NCBI GenBank assembly: GCA_964497945.1
Contig: CAZCFJ010000002.1
Span: forward strand, 1-55,510
Source of the DNA: an uncultured Gammaproteobacteria bacterium
Lineage (GTDB): Bacteria; Patescibacteriota; Microgenomatia; UBA12405
Direction: 5' to 3'
DNA length: 55,510 bases
Positions 11,376 through 19,663 of this stretch are shown piece by piece. The first letter of the stretch is position 1, and each line of letters opens with the position of its first letter. The position numbers and the translations under genes are program-made. The notes under the pieces are model-generated. The model was given only the letters and a program-made list of their open reading frames with translations. It made no database searches and had not been told where the DNA came from.

Positions 11376-11660
11376 ATGACCAAATATAACTTTCAACAGC
11401 ATCTCCAAGAAAGTCTAAAAGATCCAAAATTCCAAAAAATTTGGCAAGAATCAGAACCAGAATATCAACTATCCTGCAAGCTAATTGAATTGAGGCTAAA
11501 AAACAAAATGTCTCAAATGGAGTTGGCTCAAAAAGCTAATACTACTCAAGCGATAATCTCTAGAATAGAATCAATGTCTGCTAACCCATCTTTTGAAACA
11601 CTTAAAAAAATTAGTGCCGCTTTAAACTGCAATTTAACCGTAAATTTTATTTCTAAATAA
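11376..11660 (+). CDS. XRE-family HTH antitoxin (HigA-like)
   Basis: The HTH core is MSQMELAQKANTTQAIISRIES. 94 aa, immediately downstream of the toxin. Confidence 0.75.
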   Translation: MTKYNFQQHLQESLKDPKFQKIWQESEPEYQLSCKLIELRLKNKMSQMELAQKANTTQAIISRIESMSANPSFETLKKISAALNCNLTVNFISK

Positions 11661-11662
11661 TT

Positions 11663-13048
11663 TCACTTCACCAAAGTCAAAATAGAAAATCCGGCGAAAA
11701 ATAAAACCACCAAAATTAAAATTAATTTTCTCCACCAACTTGGCCTTAATTCTTTTTCTAAAGATGTTTGGTTTAACCACAAAATCACCCCGGTATAAGT
11801 CATCATTGTAATGGCATTCAAAAATGCGCTCAGTTCCACCAATTGCCACGGCTCATTTGACCCAACCAAAATAATCAGTATTCCTAGTAAAATTTGTGTC
11901 CATAAAAATCCAAAATAAAACTTTGGTAAATTATTTGGGCTAAATTTATTTTTATTTAATATCACCAAATTTTCTGAAGTAATTCTACTAGTTGCATCCA
12001 ATACTGACATTTGAGTCGAAAATAACATCAAAGAAACCACAACTAAAAATAGTCGTCCAATAAAAGGAAAAACCAAATTACCAATTGTTTCAGCCTCTTT
12101 AAACAAAAAATTTATCCCCATTACACCATCAGTTTGATGATAGACAGTTGCAAACGACAGTAAACTCAACAAAATTATTGTTACTGCTCCGGTCAGCCAG
12201 AAAACCAATAAATGTTCTAAATTAATTTTTCGCCACCACGATTTAAATACTTTTAAATTATCTTGATTAACCAAAAAAGTTTTTCCCTCCAAAGGAAAAT
12301 CAGTTGTCTTTTTTCTTAATAAGCTGGTTATTTTACCGCCATATTTACCCATACCATAGTCTTTTTCCCGAATATAAAAAGATTGGGCTAAATTCAAATT
12401 TCCTCCGGCACCCGAATAAGCGAAAGCTCCCAAAAAAGTCATTATCGATAAACCACCAGGTATCCACCAAAAACCTTCTCCTTTACCAGTTAATCCCAAA
12501 GCTAAACTCTGCCAATCATTTCCTTTAGCCAAAAAAATCGTCAGTAGCAAAATAAATGGCACTCCCAAAAATATCAACCATTTCTGAAAATGTTCCTGAG
12601 TCTTATAGACCACTTTCCCAAAACTCAAAATTAATCCAATTAATACCAACATTAAAACGGCTATTAAATTAGTATTTTTTACTCCAAAAGTACCAGCAAA
12701 AATAGTTGCTGAAGATAAAATAATTCCTGGCCACATCCAAGGAATTATTGTCGACAAAATAAACCAAATAGGGGATAACCATTTTAATTTCCTTCCCAGC
12801 CCCACAAACACACTCTCTCCGTTTACCAAAGTATACCTTTCAATTTCCATATTAATAAAAAACTGAAAAGTTATACCAACAACCGCTGCCCAAACCATTC
12901 CTAAACCATAATTAGCCGCCAAAAAAGGCCACATTATCAATTCTCCACTTCCCAAACCCATCCCCAATAAAATAAAACTCGGACCCACCATTTTTCTAAA
13001 CTTCGGTGGTTTTGGTAATTGGCCTAATCCTATTGGCTCTATTTTCAT
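11663..13048 (-). CDS. polytopic transporter, NRAMP/APC-superfamily-like
   Basis: 461 aa with about 11 TM segments. The N-terminal GPSFILLGMGLGSGELIMWP resembles the NRAMP GPGFL...DPGN region. The family assignment is tentative. Confidence 0.45.
   Translation of the reverse strand: MKIEPIGLGQLPKPPKFRKMVGPSFILLGMGLGSGELIMWPFLAANYGLGMVWAAVVGITFQFFINMEIERYTLVNGESVFVGLGRKLKWLSPIWFILSTIIPWMWPGIILSSATIFAGTFGVKNTNLIAVLMLVLIGLILSFGKVVYKTQEHFQKWLIFLGVPFILLLTIFLAKGNDWQSLALGLTGKGEGFWWIPGGLSIMTFLGAFAYSGAGGNLNLAQSFYIREKDYGMGKYGGKITSLLRKKTTDFPLEGKTFLVNQDNLKVFKSWWRKINLEHLLVFWLTGAVTIILLSLLSFATVYHQTDGVMGINFLFKEAETIGNLVFPFIGRLFLVVVSLMLFSTQMSVLDATSRITSENLVILNKNKFSPNNLPKFYFGFLWTQILLGILIILVGSNEPWQLVELSAFLNAITMMTYTGVILWLNQTSLEKELRPSWWRKLILILVVLFFAGFSILTLVK
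11665..11690. repeat. 26-bp direct repeat, right copy
   Basis: Identical to 10955-10980. It encodes the last 8 codons (FSILTLVK) of the minus-strand transporter gene. Confidence 0.9.
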
Positions 13049-13085
13049 TTATTATTTTTTTCTACTTACTACTAGCTACTAACTA

Positions 13086-14066
13086 TTAGCTAATTAACTT
13101 ACAAACTTTCTGGTGCCATTTCCATGCGCTAGACACAATTGTTTCCAAATCAGCATATTTTGGTTCCCATTTCAAAACTTCTCGAGCCAACTTTGAATCG
13201 GCTACGAGAATTGGTGGATCACCGGCTCTTCGCTCAACTTCGGTTACTTTAAAATCAATTCCGGTAATTTTTTTTGCCATATCAATGACTTCTTTGACCG
13301 AAAAACCTTTTCCATTACCCAAATTAAAACACTGACTCTCTTTTCCTTCCAATAAATATTTCAGTGCCAATACATGAGCTGTTGCTAAATCCGTTACATG
13401 AATATAATCCCGAACACATGTCCCGTCTGGAGTAGGGTAGTCGGTTCCAAAAACTTTTATGTCCTCACGTCTACCGATAGCTGCATCCAAAACCAAAGGA
13501 ATTAAATTTGAACTGCTTCCCGGCCATTCACCCACATCAGCTTCTAAATCAGCCCCACAAGCGTTGAAATATCTCAAAGCTACATATTTCATTCCATAGG
13601 CTTTATTATAATCACGCATTATATGCTCCACTATTAATTTAGTTTCACCATACGGATTTATTGGATTTTGTGGGTGTTTTTCATCTATAGGAATATATTT
13701 CGGTTCACCAAAAGTTGCCGCTGAAGATGAAAAAATAAATCTATTAACTCCATTTTCTTTCATTACCTCAAATAAATTCAAAGTACTAGCCACATTATTT
13801 TTATAATATTTTTGTGGATCAGTTACCGACTCTCCCACTGCTTTGTAAGCCGCAAAGTGTAACACTGCCTCAATCGGATATTTTTTAAACACAGCCCTTA
13901 TATCTTCAATCTTTGCCAAATCACCTTCAAAAAATTCACCCCATTTTACTAACTCTTTTTTACCTGAATACAAATTATCAAATATTACAGTTTTAAAACC
14001 TTCTTTATTTAATTCTTTATTAATATGCGAGCCAATATAACCCGCTCCACCAACAATTAAAATCAT
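13086..14066 (-). CDS. galE: UDP-glucose 4-epimerase
   Basis: Contains ILIVGGAGYIGSH, FSSSAATFG and the YGETK catalytic motif. 326 aa. Confidence 0.9.
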   Translation of the reverse strand: MILIVGGAGYIGSHINKELNKEGFKTVIFDNLYSGKKELVKWGEFFEGDLAKIEDIRAVFKKYPIEAVLHFAAYKAVGESVTDPQKYYKNNVASTLNLFEVMKENGVNRFIFSSSAATFGEPKYIPIDEKHPQNPINPYGETKLIVEHIMRDYNKAYGMKYVALRYFNACGADLEADVGEWPGSSSNLIPLVLDAAIGRREDIKVFGTDYPTPDGTCVRDYIHVTDLATAHVLALKYLLEGKESQCFNLGNGKGFSVKEVIDMAKKITGIDFKVTEVERRAGDPPILVADSKLAREVLKWEPKYADLETIVSSAWKWHQKVCKLIS

Positions 14067-14125
14067 AATTTAGTTTTTTAGTTAATTAGTAAATTAGTTA
14101 ATTAGATTTTATCATCAAAAATCAA

Positions 14126-14152
14126 CGCCCTGACCTGTCAAGGGAAGGGTTT
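14126..14152. repeat. GC-rich palindromic element, intergenic copy; possible metK terminator
   Basis: CGCCCTGACCTGTCAAGGGAAGGGTTT. On the minus strand it forms an imperfect hairpin followed by a short T-run (GATTTTT) immediately after the metK stop. It is the same family as 19112, 17354 and 21499. Confidence 0.6.
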
Positions 14153-15254
14153 AACCAATCCTTTCCCAAGGATAATCATTGTTACCAAAATGACCATATC
14201 TAGCCGTTTTTTGATATATTGGTCTTTTCAAGTCAAACTTTTCTACAATTCCTTTGACTGATAAATCCATCAAACTCCAAGCAAAATCTTCAATTATTTT
14301 TATTTCTTTCTTTTCTGTTCCAAAAGTCTCAATCGATTTAATTATTGGATCTTTCTGACCAATTACATAAGCCAATTGAACTTCACATCGATCAGCTAAC
14401 TTCTTTGCTACAATATTTTTTGCCAAAAATCTGGCCGCATAAGCTGCACTTCTATCGACTTTTGTTGGATCTTTTCCCGAAAAACATCCACCACCAATTC
14501 GACCCATACCACCATAAGTATCGACCACAATTTTCCTTCCGGTTACTCCAGTGTCACTTGCCGGACCACCAATTTCCCAAACACCTGTACCGTTAAAAAT
14601 TATTTCTGCTTCTGTTAACTTATTTAAGTTATATTTTTCCAAAATCGGCAACACTGCCAAATTATATAAATCAGTTTTAACTTTTTGATTATCCATTGTT
14701 GAATCAAATGGTTTAGCTAAAACTATTTTTTCTACTTTTATCGATTTTCCATCTTTATATCTCACTCCTACTTCAGCTTTTCCATCTGGTCTTAAATAAT
14801 TTAATTGACTAAATTGCAATTCATCCATTTTTTGGCATAATTCGTGAGACAAAACTATTGGTAAAGGCATTAATTGTGGCGTTTCATTACAGGCATATCC
14901 AAACATCATACCCTGATCACCAGCTCCTTCATTATCTACTCCCACTGCAATATCTTTTGATTGTTGATGAATCAAAACTTCAATATCGGCGCTTTCATCA
15001 AAACCCAGAACTGGATTTGTATAGCCCAATTCTCTTATTTTTTTCTTAATTATATTTTTATAATCCAATTCAACATTACAGGTAACTTCACCCGCCACTA
15101 CTACTTTGTTAGTCGTTACTAAAGTTTCTACCGCTACTCTGGCATTTTTGTCATTTCCCAAAGCTTTATCTAATATTGCATCAGAAATCTGATCACAAAT
15201 TTTGTCTGGATGACCGGAACACACCGACTCCGAAGTAAAAAGGGGATAATTCAT
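14151..15254 (-). CDS. metK: S-adenosylmethionine synthetase
   Basis: Contains GHPDKICDQISDAILD, GAGDQGMMFGYA and GGGCFSGKDPTKVDRSAAY. Confidence 0.95.
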   Translation of the reverse strand: MNYPLFTSESVCSGHPDKICDQISDAILDKALGNDKNARVAVETLVTTNKVVVAGEVTCNVELDYKNIIKKKIRELGYTNPVLGFDESADIEVLIHQQSKDIAVGVDNEGAGDQGMMFGYACNETPQLMPLPIVLSHELCQKMDELQFSQLNYLRPDGKAEVGVRYKDGKSIKVEKIVLAKPFDSTMDNQKVKTDLYNLAVLPILEKYNLNKLTEAEIIFNGTGVWEIGGPASDTGVTGRKIVVDTYGGMGRIGGGCFSGKDPTKVDRSAAYAARFLAKNIVAKKLADRCEVQLAYVIGQKDPIIKSIETFGTEKKEIKIIEDFAWSLMDLSVKGIVEKFDLKRPIYQKTARYGHFGNNDYPWERIG

Positions 15255-15263
15255 TTTTCCTCC

Positions 15264-15400
15264 TATTAATTTATAAAGAGGCTTGTCTTTCTATTTCTAG
15301 AAAAAGCACCGCGGACCCTGAGCAAAGTCGAAGGATTAAATCCTGAACTTGCCGAAGGACTCGGTTGCTGTCCCATTAACTTGAGAACTCTTGACAAACT
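15264..15400 (-). promoter_or_regulatory. probable SAM riboswitch (SAM-I clan-like) in the metK leader
   Basis: The minus-strand RNA reads GUUUGUC-AAGAG...GGGACA-GCAACC...(about 55-nt insert)...GGUGC-UU-UUUCUA GAAA UAGAAA-GACAAGC. P1 is GUUUGUC/GACAAGC, the J1/2 segment is AAGAG, the P3 strands are GCAACC and GGUGC, and P4 carries a GAAA tetraloop. CCUCU can then pair with the SD GGAGG (15259-15263). Confidence 0.55.
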
Positions 15401-15407
15401 AATGATA

Positions 15408-15435
15408 ATTAAAACAAATATTCAAAACCTGTCAA
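15408..15435 (-). promoter_or_regulatory. putative metK promoter (TTGACA-16 nt-TTTAAT)
   Basis: On the minus strand, -35 TTGACA is the reverse complement of 15430-15435 and -10 TTTAAT is the reverse complement of 15408-15413. This places the TSS just upstream of riboswitch P1. Confidence 0.45.
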
Positions 15436-15861
15436 CTACAACAATCTATTTTTAAAATTTTCAAAAATACCTCTTTGATTACTGTTTTTAAATTCAAATT
15501 TACTTAAATCAGTTTCTTTATTAACCCAAACAAAAGCAATATGTTCATCACTCAAACTAACCTCAAAATTATCTTTCAAACTAATTTCATAGAAAAATGT
15601 CATTAAAGCCCAACCGTTACCCAGTTTATAATCATATCTCTGATCTATTCCTACCAAATCATTAATATTTTCCTCTGACAACTTTAAATTTAATTCTTCA
15701 CCTAATTCTCTTATTAGTGACTCTTTCAATATTTCCCCTTCATCAACTCTTCCACCCGGTGCTTCCCAAAGACCATCATTCTCCTGTAATAATAAAAATT
15801 TGTTACTACACTTAATCAATCCCTTGACTGAAATATGAAATTTTTGATATTTCTTTTTCAT
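15436..15861 (-). CDS. Nudix hydrolase
   Basis: The Nudix box GGRVDEGEILKESLIRELGEELNL is present. Confidence 0.8.
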   Translation of the reverse strand: MKKKYQKFHISVKGLIKCSNKFLLLQENDGLWEAPGGRVDEGEILKESLIRELGEELNLKLSEENINDLVGIDQRYDYKLGNGWALMTFFYEISLKDNFEVSLSDEHIAFVWVNKETDLSKFEFKNSNQRGIFENFKNRLL

Positions 15862-16826
15862 TTCAGCTTTCCTTTTTTAAATTCACTTTTATTTATACTC
15901 TCTTTAAAATCAGGACTTAGTGTTATCAATCCGCCAAATAAAGAATTAAATATGCCTAATATGCCAGAAAAAGTAGACGTTAATAAAACACTTTCTGGTG
16001 AATGGGCTACTGCCGCAAAGAAAAATAAATAAAGTTGTTCCCTGGCTCCAAAACCAGCAAAAGAAATTGGTAGTATCAAAATCATCGAAATTATTGGCAA
16101 ATAAATAAAAATCGACATCATCGATAACCCGGCACCGAAATACCAACTAATAAACCACATTTGAGAAATCCAAAATATTTCACTCAACAACGAAATTACG
16201 TTTCCTTTAAAAATTTGTTTTCTATTATCTTTATTTAATAATTCCGACACTACACTAATTCTTTTCAACCATTTTATTTGCCAAATTTTAGTCAAATCAA
16301 AAAACATCAAAGCAATATAAAAAACTAAACAGCCGACAAACAACCCCAAAAATACTAACTCTACCATTAAAGGAATATTTACACCTCTAAATTTAGCCAA
16401 AACCAACATTGCTGCACCCGTCAGAACAAACATCGACATTCCAATAAATCTATCCAAGATAACTGAGCCAAGCAATTTAGTTTTTGGTATTTCCGGATAT
16501 TTTTCGTCAATAATTATCCATTTCAAAACATCTCCAGCTGCCGCTGTTGGGAAAAATAAACCGTAAAAAGAAGCTGCAAAACTTGATTTGGTAAATATCC
16601 AAACATCTCTCAAAGATGGTTTTTTAATCAAAAGCATTGCCCAACGGTAAGAAATTAATATCACCAATAAAAAACTAATCAGTATGTTTGACAACAAAAA
16701 CCAAATATCCATTCCTGCTAATTGTTTAAACAAAGACGTCACATCTACTTTTCTAAAGGCAAAATATATCAAAACTACCGAAAAGGAAAACCTTAACCAT
16801 TTCGATGCAAATATTTTTTTCAGCAT
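15858..16826 (-). CDS. flippase-like membrane protein (lysyl-PG synthase TM-region/UPF0104 family)
   Basis: 322 aa with about 8 TM segments. The N-terminal FRKVDVTSLFKQLAGMDIWFLL pattern is typical of this family, which commonly accompanies GT2 genes. Confidence 0.55.
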   Translation of the reverse strand: MLKKIFASKWLRFSFSVVLIYFAFRKVDVTSLFKQLAGMDIWFLLSNILISFLLVILISYRWAMLLIKKPSLRDVWIFTKSSFAASFYGLFFPTAAAGDVLKWIIIDEKYPEIPKTKLLGSVILDRFIGMSMFVLTGAAMLVLAKFRGVNIPLMVELVFLGLFVGCLVFYIALMFFDLTKIWQIKWLKRISVVSELLNKDNRKQIFKGNVISLLSEIFWISQMWFISWYFGAGLSMMSIFIYLPIISMILILPISFAGFGAREQLYLFFFAAVAHSPESVLLTSTFSGILGIFNSLFGGLITLSPDFKESINKSEFKKGKLK

Positions 16827-16871
16827 AAACTATTTTACAGGATACCACGTATAATTTATCCAAATCTATTT

Positions 16872-18167
16872 ATGAGTAAAATTCTTTTAATTAGTCATAT
16901 TTTCCCCCCCGCCGTTGATGGAGGATCACGAGTTATTTATAAAATAGGCCAATACTTAGAAACACAAAATCACCAAACTCTTTACCTTTCATCAGATTGT
17001 TCCAGCACTGATGATTTTACTAAATCAAAATATAAAAAAATATCTAAGATCTATCATCTAAAATCTAACATCTATCTTCCTGTCTATCATCATCTTCGTC
17101 GCCCGCTCAAATTTATTAATTTATTTTTATCTAAAAAACCTGTCCGTCCGGCAGACGGGTCTTATCTCTATCAATTACTAAAAGTTTTTCAAAAAGGGCC
17201 AATATTTAAAATAATTCCTTTTATAAAAGCCACTATTAAAATAATTAAATTTAAACCAGATTTAATTATTGCCGGTCCACTCCCCACCACCATCATCCTC
17301 TATGCTAGGTTATTAAAAAAAATCACTAATCTATACACCCATATAGTCAATTTCCCCTCCCTTCTTCAAGGGAGGGGATTAAGGGGTGGGTTTTGTCGTC
17401 TCTTAATCAACGCTTCCTTTCACCAAACCGATCAGGATTTTTTTCAAAAACCCTTAATCAAAACTCTCCAACAAGCAGATTATTTATGGACTCTGACTCA
17501 TTACGAAACAGATTTTTTCATTAAAAAACTAAACATCAATCCCGAAAAAATTATTCTTGCCGGCAACGGCATCGACCCAAATTTCTTACTTAAAAAATCA
17601 AATAAAAAATCTAAAATCTACGATCTAAAAACTAGGATCTTGTTTATCGGTTCTCTCTCCGCTCACAAAGGCCTGATTACTCTCATTAGTTCTTTCTCTA
17701 ACATCTATCATCTAAGATCTAATATCTCGTTAACCATTGCTGGTCAAAAAACACTCTATTATCCAGAAATTTTAAAAATTATTAAGCAACAACCCAAAGA
17801 AGTTCAAAAAAATATAAAATTTGTTTTTAGTTTCCCCCAAAAAAAACTTAAACAATTAATCGACAATTGTGATGTTTTGGTTTTACCCTCAAACCAAGAA
17901 AGTTTTGGCCTAGTTCTAATCGAAGCTTGGGCCAGACAAAAACCAGTCATTACTAGCGATATTCCTCCTCTCAAAGAAATCGTTACTCAAACTCAAGGTG
18001 GTCTAATTTTTAAATCAAATAATATTTTGGATCTCACCGACAAAATAAACCAACTCTCTAAATCTTCCAAAATCTGTCACCAACTTGGACAAAACGGCCA
18101 TAATTATGTTAAAAATAATTACACATGGCCCATCGTCATCCAAAAAATTTGTCAAAAAGTTTGGTAA
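16872..18167 (+). CDS. GT4-family glycosyltransferase carrying several in-frame repeat insertions
   Basis: Contains KILLISHIFPPAVDGGSRV and VLVLPSNQESFGLVLIEAWARQKPVITSD. It holds three ATCTA-type elements, one GC-rich palindromic element and one further GC hairpin. Confidence 0.8.
   Translation: MSKILLISHIFPPAVDGGSRVIYKIGQYLETQNHQTLYLSSDCSSTDDFTKSKYKKISKIYHLKSNIYLPVYHHLRRPLKFINLFLSKKPVRPADGSYLYQLLKVFQKGPIFKIIPFIKATIKIIKFKPDLIIAGPLPTTIILYARLLKKITNLYTHIVNFPSLLQGRGLRGGFCRLLINASFHQTDQDFFQKPLIKTLQQADYLWTLTHYETDFFIKKLNINPEKIILAGNGIDPNFLLKKSNKKSKIYDLKTRILFIGSLSAHKGLITLISSFSNIYHLRSNISLTIAGQKTLYYPEILKIIKQQPKEVQKNIKFVFSFPQKKLKQLIDNCDVLVLPSNQESFGLVLIEAWARQKPVITSDIPPLKEIVTQTQGGLIFKSNNILDLTDKINQLSKSSKICHQLGQNGHNYVKNNYTWPIVIQKICQKVW
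17041..17090 (+). repeat. ATCTA-type short repeat element, in-frame in a CDS (SKIYHLKSNIYL)
   Basis: TATCTAAGATCTATCATCTAAAATCTAACATCTATC... Confidence 0.7.
17144..17158 (+). repeat. GC-rich hairpin CCGTC CGGCA GACGG inside a CDS
   Basis: A perfect 5-bp stem within an AT-rich gene. It encodes VRPADG. Confidence 0.5.
17354..17394 (+). repeat. GC-rich palindromic element, in-frame in a CDS (PSLLQGRGLRGGF)
   Basis: CCCCTCCC TTCTTCAA GGGAGGGG forms a perfect 8-bp stem, followed by ATTAAGGGGTGGGTTTT. Confidence 0.75.
17608..17640 (+). repeat. ATCTA-type short repeat element, in-frame (SKIYDLKTRIL)
   Basis: AATCTAAAATCTACGATCTAAAAACTAGGATCT. Confidence 0.65.
17697..17727 (+). repeat. ATCTA-type short repeat element, in-frame (SNIYHLRSNIS)
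   Basis: TCTAACATCTATCATCTAAGATCTAATATCT. Confidence 0.75.
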
Positions 18168-18607
18168 TAAAAATCATTGTTTTAGTCGCTATCATTGCCT
18201 CAATTATCACGATTGTCATCCTAACATTTAAAAAAGACAATTATCCTGATAATATCGTCTTCTCTATTAAAGGACAAAACTACTACCTTGAAGTAGCTAA
18301 GACCGAAGAAAGTCAACAAAAAGGTCTTTCCCAAAGAGATGAGCTTTGCCTTGATTGCGGTATGTTTTTCCCCTTCAAAATTCCCGGCCGATATTCTTTT
18401 TGGATGAAAGATACTCACATTCCTTTAGATATTATTTGGTTAAATTCAAAACTAAAAGTTGTTAAAATCGTTACTGCCGTCAAAACCAATTCAGAAATCA
18501 TCTACACCAACAAAAAACTAGCCAAATATGTCATTGAACTAAACGCCAATGAATCTTTTAGACTTGGCCTTAATGTTGGTGATACTCTTGCTATAATCAA
18601 CAATTAA
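18125..18607 (+). CDS. DUF192-family protein with an N-terminal TM anchor
   Basis: Contains GMFFPF...FWMKDTHIPLDIIWL, the DUF192 signature. The ATG at 18125 overlaps the preceding gene by 43 nt, and TTG 18161 is a possible alternative start. Confidence 0.55.
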   Translation: MAHRHPKNLSKSLVIKIIVLVAIIASIITIVILTFKKDNYPDNIVFSIKGQNYYLEVAKTEESQQKGLSQRDELCLDCGMFFPFKIPGRYSFWMKDTHIPLDIIWLNSKLKVVKIVTAVKTNSEIIYTNKKLAKYVIELNANESFRLGLNVGDTLAIINN

Positions 18608-19626
18608 TGTCTTACTATCCAAACTTTTCTCTTATCATCCCCAACTATAACGGTTCTAAATTTATTCTTGATTGTCTTCAGTCAATTAAAATTGCCGTCA
18701 ACAATTGTCCTCAATCAAAGTTTGAAATTATAATTGTCGACAATGGCTCCACCGACAACAGTTTATTCATAATCGAATCATTTTTTCAAAAAAATAAATT
18801 AATTAATCTAACATCTAAGATCTACCACCTAACATCTAATTTAGGGTTTGCTTACGCCGTCAACCAAGGAATTAATCAAAGTAAATATGATTATGTCGTC
18901 CTTATAAACAATGACATAACCTTAAAATCTGACTGGTTTAAATTAATTTCCAAATCCATCAGTGAAAATAAAAATTCCAAAATCGCCAGTTATTTTGGCA
19001 CTATTCTCAACAAAACTGGAGATAAATATGAATCTCAAGGTCTAAAATTTTTTCCTTCAGGCAAGTGCCTCAATATCTCAAATAATCAGCCATTTTTAAA
19101 ATCTTCATTAACTCCCTGCCCTGTCAAGGGAAGGGTAGAGGAAGGGTTTTTAATTTGGGCTGGCTCCGGTGCGTTGATTGCTTATCAAAAAGAAATTCTC
19201 CAAAAAATTGGTAACTTCGATTCCGATTTTTTTGCCTATCTTGAAGATGTCGACGTCGCTCTAAGACTCAACCAGTTTGGATACCACACCCTTTATCTTC
19301 CCCGAGCAATTTCTTATCATCTTGGAGGTGGCACTAGTAATAATATGAACAACCTTCGTTACCGAATGGATGTTCGAAATTGGTTTTATCTCATTATTAA
19401 AAATTATTCCGCTAAAGATTTTTGGCTCAATTTTTTCTCTATATTAATTGAAAGATTAAGAAATTTATTTTGTCTTATCAAAAAAAGTATCCCTATATAC
19501 CAAATAAAATCAATTTGGTTAATACCCAAAGATGTTTTCCAAATTTATTTTGAAGTTGTTAAAAATTTTTCCAAAATGCGTCACAAATACCACCAAACCC
19601 AAAAACTGTTAAAATCAACTAGTTAA
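18607..19626 (+). CDS. GT2-family glycosyltransferase
   Basis: Contains FSLIIPNYNGSKFILDCLQSI and IIVDNGSTDNS, plus LINNDI and YLEDVDV. It hosts one ATCTA element and one GC-rich element. Confidence 0.8.
   Translation: MSYYPNFSLIIPNYNGSKFILDCLQSIKIAVNNCPQSKFEIIIVDNGSTDNSLFIIESFFQKNKLINLTSKIYHLTSNLGFAYAVNQGINQSKYDYVVLINNDITLKSDWFKLISKSISENKNSKIASYFGTILNKTGDKYESQGLKFFPSGKCLNISNNQPFLKSSLTPCPVKGRVEEGFLIWAGSGALIAYQKEILQKIGNFDSDFFAYLEDVDVALRLNQFGYHTLYLPRAISYHLGGGTSNNMNNLRYRMDVRNWFYLIIKNYSAKDFWLNFFSILIERLRNLFCLIKKSIPIYQIKSIWLIPKDVFQIYFEVVKNFSKMRHKYHQTQKLLKSTS
18806..18840 (+). repeat. ATCTA-type short repeat element, in-frame (NLTSKIYHLTSN)
   Basis: ATCTAACATCTAAGATCTACCACCTAACATCTAAT. Confidence 0.75.
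19112..19150 (+). repeat. GC-rich palindromic element, in-frame (TPCPVKGRVEEGF)
   Basis: CTCCCTGCCCTGTCAAGGGAAGGGTAGAGGAAGGGTTTT. Its core is nearly identical to the intergenic copy at 14126. Confidence 0.75.
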
Positions 19627-19660
19627 CTTTCTACTTTATAACTTTCTACTTTATACTAAA
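19625..19660 (+). repeat. ACTTT-octamer tandem array directly upstream of the start codon
   Basis: AACTTTCTACTTTATAACTTTCTACTTTATACTAAA. The segment 19626-19660 is identical to 20791-20825. Confidence 0.85.
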
Positions 19661-19663
19661 ATC

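Noticed and set aside
17370-17390. Canonical G-quadruplex motif GGG-A-GGGG-ATTAA-GGGG-T-GGG on the coding strand
   Set aside because: The motif is real, but only this one copy of the element family has four G-tracts. The others have two or three. I therefore treat it as a by-product of the GC-rich palindromic element rather than a separate functional call.
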